Shown here: in pieces, positions 1 to 12,500 of the stretch | Layout of the letters: every line of letters begins with the position of its first letter | Numbering within the stretch: position 1 is the first letter of the stretch | DNA from: Heptranchias perlo | Taxonomy: Eukaryota | Length of the DNA: 64,000 bases | Reading direction: 5' to 3' | NCBI RefSeq assembly: GCF_035084215.1 | Contig: NW_027139272.1 | Coordinates: 248,001-312,000 of the forward strand | Position numbers and translations under genes: made by a program | Notes under the pieces: generated by a model | Databases searched by the model: none | The model's input: only the letters and a program-made list of their open reading frames with translations | What the model was told of the DNA's origin: nothing

Positions 1-468
1 CAATACACTCTCCCGGTAAACACCAATAGATATACCGCAATACACTCTCCCGGTAAACACCAATAGATATACAGCAATTTACTCTCCCGGTAAACACCAA
101 TAGATATACCGCAATACACTCTCCCGGTAAACACCAATAGATATACCGCAATACACTCTCCCGGTAAACACCAATAGATATACCGCAATACACTCTCCCG
201 GTAAACACCAATAGATATACCGCAATACATTCTCCCGGTAAACACCAATAGATATACCGCAATACACTCTCCCGGTAAACACCGATAGATATACCGCAAT
301 ACACTCTCCCGGTACGCACCAATAGATATACCGCAATACACCCTCCCGGTAAACACCAATAGATATACCACAATACACTCTCCCGGTAAACACCAATTGA
401 GAAACCGCAATACACTTTCCTAGTACGCACTGATAGATATTCCATAAACCTCTCCCCTGGTAAACACT

Positions 469-577
469 TCAAGGAGATCTTGAAACATTTACCTGAGGAA
501 GGAGAAAATCTCCGAAAGCTTGTGAATTTAAAATAAAATTGCTGGACTATAACTTGGTGTTGTAAAATTGTTTACAA
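469..577 (+). mobile_element. Short Penelope-like element (pLTR) fragment inserted into the satellite
   Basis: 109 bp of non-satellite sequence flanked by a 12-bp direct repeat CTGGTAAACACT (457-468 and 578-589), which occurs once in an uninterrupted B monomer. It carries a hammerhead motif and a small 5' inverted repeat TTCAAG..CTTGAA. The Penelope assignment is inferred from the hammerhead architecture. Confidence 0.7.
487..527 (+). ncRNA. Minimal type I hammerhead ribozyme motif
   Basis: Stem I ATTTAC (487-492) pairs with GTGAAT (522-527). Core CTGAGGA at 493-499 plus an extra A. Stem II GGAG(A)/(T)CTCC at 501-513. GAAA at 514-517, a palindromic AGCT stem III, and a predicted CUU cleavage triplet at 519-521. 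Confidence 0.7.
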
Positions 578-3500
578 CTGGTAAACACTGGTAGATTTAC
601 CATAAACCTCGCCCCTGGTAAACACTGGTAGATTTACCAAAAACCTCTCCCCTGGTAAACACCAGTAGATTTACCATAAACCTCTCCCCTGGTGAACACT
701 GGTAGATTTACCATAAACCTCTCCCCTGGTAAACACCAGTAGATTTACCATAAACCTCTCCCCTGGTGAACACTGATAGATTTACCCTAATCCACTCTCT
801 CGGTAAATACCGATAGATTTACCCTAATCCCCTCTCTCGGTGAACACTGATAGTTTTACTCTAATCCCCTCTCTCGGTAAACACCGATAGATTTACCCTA
901 ATCCCCTCTCTCGGTAAACATTGATAGATTTACCCTAATCCCCTCTCTCGGTAAACACCGATAGATTGACCCTAATCCCCTCTCTCCTGGGAAACAACGA
1001 TAAATTTACCCCAATCCCCTCTCTCGGTAAACACCGATAGATTTACCCTAATCCCCTCTCTCCTGGTAAACACCGATAGATTTACCCTAATCCCCTCTCT
1101 CCTGGTAAACACCGATAGATTTAACCCAATCCCCTCTCTCGGTAAACATCGATAGATTTACCCTAATCCCCTCTCTCCTGGTAAACACCGATAGATTTGA
1201 CCCTAATCCCCTCTCTCCTGGTAAACACCGATAGATTTACCCCAATCCCCTCTCTTGGTAAACACCGATAGATTTACCCTATTCCCCTCTCTCCTGGTAA
1301 ACAACGATAGATTTACCCTAATCCCCTCTCTCCTGGTGAACACCGATAGATTTACCCCAATCCCCTCTCTCCTTGTAATCACCGATAGATTTACCCCAAT
1401 CCCCTCTCACGGTAAACACCGATAGATTTACCCGAATCCCCTCTCTCCTGGTGAACACCGATAGATTTAACCTAGTCCCCTCTCTCAGTGAACACCGATA
1501 GATTTACCCGAATCCCCTCTCTCGGTAAACACCGATAGATTTACCCTAATCCCCTCTCCCGGTAAACACCAATAGATATACCGCAATACACTCTCCCGGT
1601 AAACACCGATAGATATACCGCAATACACTCTCCCGGTAAACACCGATAGATATACCGCAATACACTCTCCCGGTAAACACCGATAGATATACCGCAATAC
1701 ACTCTCCCGGTAAACACCAATAGATAGACCGCAATATACTCTCCCGGTAAACACCAATAGATATACCGCAATACACTCTCCCGGTAAACACCGATAGATA
1801 TATCGCAATACACTCTCCCGGTAAACACTGATAGATATACCGCAATACACTCTCCCGGTAAACACCAATAGATATAACGCAATACACTCTCCCGGTAAAC
1901 ACCGATAGATATACCGCAATACACTCTCCCGGTAAACACCGAAAGATATACCGCAATACACTCTCCCGGTAAGCACCGATAGATAGACCGCAATACACTC
2001 TCCCGGTAAACACCAATATATATACCGCAATACACTCTCCCGGTAAACACCAATAGATATACCGCAATACACTCTCCCGGTAAACACCGATAGATATACC
2101 GCAATACACTCTCCCGGTAAACACCAATAGATATACCGCAATACACCCTCCCGGTAAACACCAATAGGTATACCGCAACACACTCTCCCGGTAAACACCG
2201 ATAGATATACCGCAATACACTCTCCCGCTAAACACCGATAGATATACAGCAATACACTCTACCGGTAAACACCGATAGATATACCGCAATACACTCTCCC
2301 GGTAAACACCGATAGATATACCGCAATACACTCTCCCGGTACGCACCAATAGATATACCGCAATACACCCTCCCGGTAAACACCAATAGATATACCACAA
2401 TACACTCTCCCGGTAAACACCAATAGTTAAACCGCAATACACTCTCCTAGTAAGCACCGATAGATATACCATAAACCTCTCCCCTGGTAAACACTGGTAG
2501 ATTTACCATAAACCTCTCCCCTGGTAAAAACCAGTAGATTTACCATAAACCTCTCTCCTGGTGAACACTGATAGATTTACCCTAATCCCCTCTCTCGGTA
2601 AACACCGATAGATTCTAATCCCCTTTCTCGGTAAACACCGATAGATTTGCCCCAATCACCTCTCTCGGTAAACACTGATAGTTTTAACCTAATCCCCTCT
2701 CTCGGTAAACACCGATAGATTTACCCTAATCCCCTCTCTCGGTAAACGCCGATAGATTTACCCTAATCCCCTCTCTCCTGGTAAGCACCGATAGATTGAC
2801 CCTAATCCCCTCTCTCCTGGTAAACACCTATAGATTTACCCCAATCCCCTCTCTCGGTAAACGCCGATAGATTTACCCAAATCCCCTCTCTCCTGGTAAA
2901 CACCGATAGATTTACCCTAATCCCCTCTCTCGGTAACACCGATAGATTTACCCTAATCCCCTCTCTCGGTAACATCGATAGATTTACCCTAATCCCCTCT
3001 CTCGGTAAACACCGATAGATTTACCCTAATCCCCTCTCTCCTGGTAAACACCGATACATTTACCGCAATCCCCTCTCTCGGTAAACACCGATAGATTTAC
3101 CCTAATCCCCTCTCTCCTGGTGAACACCGATTGATTTACCCCAATCCCCTCTCTCGGTAAACACTGATAGATTTACCCTAATCCCCTCTCTCGGTAAACA
3201 CCGATAGATTTACCCTAATCCCCTCTCTCGGTAAACACTGACAGATTTACCTTAATCCCCTCTCTCCTGGTAAACACCGATAGATTTACCCTAATCCCCT
3301 CTCTCGGTAAACACCGATAGATTTACACTGATCCCCTCTCTCGGTAAACACCGATAGATTTACCCTAATCCCCTCTCTCCTGGTAAACACCGATAGATTT
3401 ACCCTAATCCCCTCTCTCGGTAAACACCGATAGATTTACCCTAATCCCCTCTCTCGGTAAACACCGATAGATTTACACTAATCCCCTCTCTCCTGGTGAA

Positions 3501-6500
3501 CACCGATAGATTTACCCTAATCCCCTCTCTTGATAAACACCGATAGATTTACCCTCATCCCCTCTCTCCTGGTGAACACCGATAGATTTACCCTAATCCC
3601 CTCTCTCGGTAAACACCGATAGATTCACCCTAATCCCCTCTGTCCTGGTGAACACCTATAGATTTACCCTAATCCCCTCTCCCGGTAAACACCGATAGAT
3701 ATACCGCAATACACTCTCCCGCTAAACACCGATAGATATACAGCAATACACTCTACCGGTAAACACCGATAGATATACCGCAATACACTCTCCCGGTAAA
3801 CACCGATAGATATACCGCAATACACTCTCCCGGTACGCACCAATAGATATACCGCAATACACCCTCCCGGTAAACACCAATGGATATACCACAATACACT
3901 CTCCCGGTAAACACCAATAGTTAAACCGCAATACACTCTCCTAGTAAGCACCGATAGATATACCATAAACCTCTCCCCTGGTAAACACTGGTAGATTTAC
4001 CATAAACCTCTCCCCTGGTAAAAACCAGTAGATTTACCATAAACCTCTCTCCTGGTGAACACTGATAGGTTTACCCTAATGCCCTCTCTCCTGGTAAACA
4101 CCGATAGATTTGCCCCAATCACCTCTCTCGGTAAACACTGATAGTTTTAACCTAATCCCCTCTCTCGGTAAACACCGATAGATTTACCCTAATCCCCTCT
4201 CTCGGTAAACACCGATAGATTGACCCTAATCCCCTCTCTCCTGGTAAACACCTATAGATTTACCCCAATCCCCTCTCTCGGTAAACGCCGATAGATTTAC
4301 CCTAATCCCCTCTCTCCTGGTAAACACCGATAGATTTACCCTAATCCCCTCTCTCGGTAACACCGATAGATTTACCCTAATCCCCTCTCTCGGTAACATC
4401 GATAGATTTACCCTAATCCCCTCTCTCGGTAAACACCGATAGATTTACCCTAATCCCCTCTCTCCTGGTAAACACCGTTAGATTTACCCTAATCCCCTCT
4501 CTCCTGGTAAACACCGATACATTTACCGCAATCCCCTCTCTCGGTAAACACCGATAGATTTACCCTAATCCCCTCTCTCCTGGTGAACACCGATTGATTT
4601 ACCCCAATCCCCTCTCTCGGTAAACACTGATAGATTTACCCTAATCCCCTCTCTCGGTAAACACCGATAGATTTACCCTAATCCCCTCTCTCGGTAAACA
4701 CTGATAGATTTACCTTAATCCCCTCTCTCCTGGTAAACACCGATAGATTTACCCTAATCCCCTCTCTCGGTAAACACCGATAGATTTACACTGATCCCCT
4801 CTGTCGGTAAACACCGATAGATTTACCCTAATCCCCTCTCTCCTGGTAAACACCGATAGATTTACCCTAATCCCCTCTCTCGGTAAACACCGATAGATTT
4901 ACCCTAATCCCCTCTCTCGGTAAACACCGATAGATTTACACTAATCCCCTCTCTCCTGGTGAACACCGATAGATTTACCCTAATCCCCTCTCTTGATAAA
5001 CACCGATAGATTTACCCTCATCCCCTCTCTCCTGGTGAACACCGATAGATTTACCCTAATCCCCTCTCTCGGTAAACACCGATAGATTTACCCTAATCCC
5101 CTCTCTCCTGGTGAACACCGATAGATTTACCCTAATCCCCTCTCTCGGTAAACACCGATAGATTTACCCTAATCCCCTCTCTCGGTAAACACCAATAGAT
5201 TTACCCTAATCCCCTCTCTCCTGGTAAACACCGATAGATTTACCCTCATCCCCTCTCTCCTGGTGAACACCGATAGATTTACCCTAATCCCCTCTCTCGG
5301 TGAACACCGATAGATTTACCCTCATCTCCTCTCTCCTGGTGAACACCGAAAGATTTACCCTAATCCCCTCTCTCGGTAACACCGATAAATTTACCCTAAT
5401 CCCCTCTCTCGGTAACATCGATAGATTTACCCTAATCCCCTCTCTCGGTAAACACCGATAGATTTACCCTAATCCCCTCTCTCCTGGTGAACACCGATTG
5501 ATTTACCCCAATCCCCTCTCTCGGTAAACACCGATAGATTGACCTTAATCCACTCTCTCGGTAAACACTGATAGATTTACCTTAATCCCCTCTCTCCTGG
5601 TAAACACCGATAGATTTACCCTAATCCCCTCTCTCGGTAAACACCGATAGATTCACCCTGATCCCCTCTCTCGGTAAACACCGATAGATTTACCCTAATC
5701 CCCTCTCTCCTGGTAAACACCGATAGATTTACCCTAATCCCCTCTCTCGGTAAACACCGACAGATTTACCCTAATCCCCTCTCTCGGTAAACACCGATAG
5801 ATTTACCCTAATCCCCTCTCTCCTGGTAAACACCGATAGATTTACCCTAATCCCCTCTCTTGGTAAACACCGATAGATTTACCCTCATCCCCTCTCTCCT
5901 GGTGAACACCGATAGATTTACCCTAATCCCCTCTCTCGGTAAACACCGATAGATTTACCCTAATCCCCTCTCTCCTGGTGAACACCGATAGATTTACCCT
6001 AATCCCCTCTCTCTCGGTAAACACTGACAGATTTACCCTCATCCCCTCTCTCCTGGTGAACACCGATAGATTTACCCTAATCCCCTCTCTCGGTGAACAC
6101 CGATAGATTTACCCTAATCCCCTCTCTCCTGGTGAACACCGATAGATTTACCCTAATCCCCTCTCTCCTGGTAAACACCGATAGATTTACCCTAATCCCC
6201 TCTCTCCTGGTGAACACCGATAGATTTACCCTAATCCCCTCTCTCGGTAAACACCGATAGATTTACCCTAATCCCCTCTCTCGGTGAACACCGATAGATT
6301 TACCCTAATCCCCTCTCTACTGGTAAACACCGATAGATTTACCCCAATCCCCTCTGTCCTGGTAAACACTGATAGATTTACCCTAATCCCCTCTCTCGGT
6401 AAACACCGATAGATTTAACCTCATCCCCTCTCTCCTGGTGAACACCGATAGATTTACCCTAATCCCCTCTCTCGGTAAACACCGACAGATTTACCCTAAT

Positions 6501-9500
6501 CCCCTCTCTCGGTAAACACCGATAGATTTACCCTAATCCCCTCTCTCGGTGAACACTGATAGATTTACCCTAATCCCCTCTCTCGGTAAACACCGATAGA
6601 TTTACCCTGATCCCCTCTCTCGGTAAACACTGATAGATTTACCCTAATCCCCTCTCTCGGTAAACACCGATAGATTTACCCTGATCCCCTCTCTCGGTAA
6701 ACACTGATAGATTTACCCTAATCCCCTCTCTCCTGGTAAACACCGATAGATTTACCCTAATCCCCTCTCTCAGTTAACACCGATAGATTTACCCTAATCC
6801 CCTCTCTCCTGGTAAACACCGATAGATTTACCCTAATCCCCTCTCTCGGTAAACACCGATAGATTTACCCTAATCCCCTCTCTCAGTTATCACCGATAGA
6901 TTTACCCGAATCTCCTCTCTCGGTAAACACCGATAGATTTACCCGAATCCCCTCTCTCGGTAAACACCGATAGATTTACCGCAATACACTCTCCCGGTAA
7001 ACACCGATAGATATACCGCAATACACTCTCCCGGTAAACACCAATAGATATACCGCAATACACTCTCCCGGTAAACACAGATAGATATACCGCAATACAC
7101 TCTCCCGGTAAACACCAATAGATATACCGCAATACACTCTCCCGGTAAACACCAATAGATATACCGCAATACACTCTCCCGGTAAACACCGATAGATATA
7201 CCGCAATACACTCTCCCGGTAAACACCAATAGATATACCGCAATACACTCTCCCGGTAAACACCGATAGATATACCGCAATACACTCTCCCGGTAAACAC
7301 CGATAGATATACCGCAATACACTCTCCCGGTAAACACCGATAGATATACCACAATACACTCTCCCGGTAAACACCAATAGATATACCACAATGCACCCTC
7401 CCGGTAAACACCGATAGATAAACCGCAATACACTCTCCCAGTAAACACCAATAGATAAACTGCAATACACTCTCCTAGTAAGCACCGATAGATATACCAT
7501 AAACCTCTCCCCTGGTAAACACTGGTGGATTTACCATAAACCTCTCCCCTGGTAAACACTGGTAGATTTACCATAAACCTCTCCCCTGGTAAACACTGGT
7601 AGATTTACCATAAACCTCTCCCCTGGTAAACACCAGTAGATTTACCATAAACCTCTCCCCTGGTAAACACCAGTATATTTACCATAAACCTCTCCCCTGG
7701 TAAACACGAGTAGATTTACCATAAACCTCTCCCCTGGTGAACACTGATAGATTTACCCTAATCCCCTTTCTCGGTAAACACCGATAGATTTACCCTAATC
7801 CCCTCTCTCGGTAAACACCGATAGATTTATACTAATCCCCTCTCTCCTGGTGAACACCGATAGATTTACCCTAATCCCCTCTCTTGATAAACACCGATAG
7901 ATTTACCCTCATCCCCTCTCTCCTGGTGAACACCGATAGATTTACCCTAATCCCCTCTCTCGGTAAACACCGATAGATTTACCCTAATCCCCTCTCTCCT
8001 GGTGAACACCGATAGATTTACCCTAATCCCCTCTCTCGGTAAACACCGATAGATTTACCCTAATCCCCTCTCTCGGTAAACACCAATAGATTTACCCTAA
8101 TCCCCTCTCTCTCGGTAAACACCGATAGATTTACCCTCATCCCCTCTCTCCTGGTGAACACCGATAGATTTACCCTAATCCCCTCTCTCGGTGAACACCG
8201 ATAGATTTACCCTCATCCCCTCTCTCCTGGTGAACACCGAAAGATTTACCCTAATCCCCTCTCTCGGTAACACCGATAAATTTACCCTAATCCCCTCTCT
8301 CGGTAACATCGATAGATTTACCCCAATCCCCTCTCTCGGTAAACACCGATAGATTTACCCTAATCCCCTCTCTCCTGGTAAACACCGATACATTTACCCT
8401 AATCCCCTCTCTCCTGGTAAACACCGATACATTTACCGCAATCCCCTCTCTCGGTAAACACCGATAGATTTACCCGAATCCCCTCTCTCCTGGTGAACAC
8501 CGATTGATTTACCCCAATCCCCTCTCTCGGTAAACACCGATAGATTTACCTTAATCCCCTCTCTCGGTAAACACTGATTGATTTACCTTAATCCCCTCTC
8601 TCCTGGTAAACACCGATAGATTTACCCTAATCCCCTCTCTCGGTAAACACCGATAGATTCACCCTGATCCCCTCTCTCGGTAAACACCGATAGATTTACC
8701 CTAATCCCCTCTCTCCTGGTAAACACCGATAGATTTACCCTAATCCCCTCTCTCGGTAAACACCGATAGATTTACCCTAATCCCCTCTCTCGGAAAACAC
8801 CGATAGATTTACCCTAATCCCCTCTCTCCTGGTAAACACCGATAGATTTACCCTCATCCCCTCTCTCCTGGTGAACACCGATAGATTTACCCTAATCCCC
8901 TCTCTCGGTAAACACCGATAGATTTACCCTAATCCCCTCTCTCCTGGTGAACACCGATAGATTTACCCTAATCCCCTCTCTCTCGGTAAACACTGACAGA
9001 TTTACCCTCATCCCCTCTCTCCTGGTGAACACCGATAGATTTACCCTAATCCCCTCTCTCGGTGAACACCGATAGATTTACCCTAATCCCCTCTCTCCTG
9101 GTGAACACCGATAGATTTACCCTAATCCCCTCTCTCCTGGTAAACACCGATAGATTTACCCTAATCCCCTCTCTCGGTAAACACCGATAGATTTACCCTA
9201 ATCCCCTCTCTCGGAAAACACCCATAGATTTACCCTAATCCCCTCTCTCCTGGTAAACACCGATAGATTTACCCTAATCCCCTCTCTCGGTAAACACCGA
9301 TAGATTTACCCTAATCCCCTCTCTCGGTGAACACCGATAGATTTACCCTCATCCCCTCTCTACTGGTAAACACCGATAGATTTACCCCAATCCCCTCTCT
9401 CCTGGTAAACACTGATAGATTTACCCTAATCCCCTCTCACGGTAAACACCGATAGATTTAACCTCATCCCCTCTCTCCTGGTGAACACCGATAGATTTAC

Positions 9501-12500
9501 CCTAATCCCCTCTCTCGGTAAACACCGACAGATTTACCCTAATCCCCTCTCTCGGTAAACACCGATAGATTTACCCTAATCCCCTCTCTCGGTGAACACT
9601 GATAGATTTACCCTAATCCCCTCTCTCGGTAAACACCGATAGATTTACCCTGATCCCCTCTCTCGGTAAACACTGATAGATTTACCCTAATCCCCTCTCT
9701 CGGTAAACACCGATAGATTTACCCTGATCCCCTCTCTCGGTAAACACTGATAGATTTACCCTAATCCCCTCTCTCCTGGTAAACACCGATAGATTTACCC
9801 TAATCCCCTCTCTCAGTTAACACCGATAGATTTACCCTAATCCCCTCTCTCCTGGTAAACACCGATAGATTTACCCTAATCCCCTCTCTCGGTAAACACC
9901 GATAGATTTACCCTAATCCCCTCTCTCAGTTATCACCGATAGATTTACCCGAATCTCCTCTCTCGGTAAACACCGATAGATTGACCCGAATCCCCTCTCT
10001 CGGTAAACACCGATAGATTTACCGCAATACACTCTCCCGGTAAACACCGATAGATATACCGCAATACACTCTCCCGGTAAACACCAATAGATATACCGCA
10101 ATACACTCTCCCGGTAAACACAGATAGATATACCGCAATACACTCTCCCGGTAAACACCAATAGATATACCGCAATACACTCTCCCGGTAAACACCAATA
10201 GATATACCGCAATACACTCTCCCGGTAAACACCGATAGATATACCCCAATACACTCTCCCGGTAAACACCAATAGATATACCGCAATACACTCTCCCGGT
10301 AAACACCGATAGATATACCGCAATACACTCTCCCGGTAAACACCGATAGATATACCGCAATACACTCTCCCGGTAAACACCGATAGATATACCGCAATAC
10401 ACTCTCCCGGTAAACACCGATAGATATACCGCAATACACTCTCCCGGTAAACACCGATAGATATACCACAATACACTCTCCCGGTAAACACCAATAGATA
10501 TACCGCAATACACTCTCCCGGTAAACACCGATAGATATACCCCAATACACTCTCCCGGTAAACACCAATAGATATACCACAATACACCCTCCCGGTAAAC
10601 ACCGATAGATAAACCGCAATACACTCTCCCAGGAAACACCAATAGATAAACCGCAATACACTCTCCTAGTAAGCACCGATAGATATACCATAAACCTCTC
10701 CCCTGGTAAACACTGGTAGATTTACCATAAACCTCTCCCCTGGTAAACACTGGTAGATTTACCATAAACCTCTCCCCTGGTAAACACTGGTAGATTTACC
10801 ATAAACCTCTCCCCTGGTAAACACCAGTAGATTTACCATAAACCTCTCCCCTGGTAAACACCAGTAGATTTACCATAAACCTCTCCCCTGGTAAACACGA
10901 GTAGATTTACCATAAACCTCTCCCCTGGTGAACACTGATAGATTTACCCTAATCCCCTTTCTCGGTCAACACCGATAGATTTACCATAACCCCCTCTCCT
11001 GGTAAACACCGATAGATTTACCCGAATCCCCTCTCTCGGTAAACACCGATAGATTTACCGCAATACACTCTCCCGGTAAACACCGATAGATATACCGCAA
11101 TACACTCTCCCGGTAAACACCAATAGATATACCGCAATACACTCTCCCGGTAAACACCGATAGATATACCGCAATACACTCTCCCGGTAAACACCGATAG
11201 ATATACCGCAATACACTCTCCCGGTATACACCGATAGATATACCGCAATACACTCTCCCGGTAAACACCAATAGATATACCGCAATACACTCTCCCGGTA
11301 AACACCAATAGATATACCGCAATATACTCTCCCGGTAAACACCGATAGATAAACCGCAATACACTCTCCCGGTAAACACCAATAGATATACCGCAATACA
11401 CTCTCCCGGTAAACACAGATAGATATACCGCAATACACTCTCCCGGTAAACACCAATAGATATACCACAATACACTCTCCCGGTAAACACCGATAGATAT
11501 ACCGCAATACACTCTCCCGGTAAACACCGATAGATATACCGCAATACACTCTCCCGGTAAACACCGATAGATATACCGCAATACACTCTCCCGGTAAACA
11601 CCAATAGATATACCGCAATACACTCTCCCGGTAAACACCGATAGATATACCGCAATACACTCTCCCGGTAAACACCGATAGATATACCGCAATACACTCT
11701 CCCGGTAAACACCGATAGATATACCACAATACACTCTCCCGGTAAACACCAATAGATATACCACAATACACCCTCCCGGTAAACACCGATAGATAAACCG
11801 CAATACACTCTCCCGGTAAACACCAATAGATAAACCGCAATACACTCTCCTAGTAAGCACCGATAGATATACCATAAACCTCTCCCCTGGTAAACACTGG
11901 TAGATTTACCATAAACCTCTCCCCTGGTAAACACTGGTAGATTTACCATAATCCTCTCCCCTGGTAAACACCAGTAGATTTACCATAAACCTCTCCCCTG
12001 GTAAACACCAGTAGATTTACCATAAACCTCTCCCCTGGTAAACACCAGTAGATTTACCATAAACCTCTCCCCTGGTGAACACTGATAGATTTACCCTAAT
12101 CCCCTTTCTCAGTCAACACCGATAGATTTACCATAACCCCCTCTCCTGGTAAACACCGATAGATTTATCCGAATCCCCTCTCTCGGTAAACACCGATAGA
12201 TTTACCGCAATACACTCTCCCGGTAAACACCGATAGATATACCGCAATACACTCTCCCGGTAAACACCAATAGATATACCGCAATACACTCTCCCGGTAA
12301 ACACCGATAGATATACCGCAATACACTCTCCCGGTAAACACCGATAGATATACCGCAATACACTCTCCCGGTATACACCGATAGATATACCGCAATACAC
12401 TCTCCCGGTAAACACCAATAGATATACCACAATACACCCTCCCGGTAAACACCGATAGATAAACCGCAATACACTCTCCCGGTAAACACCAATAGATAAA

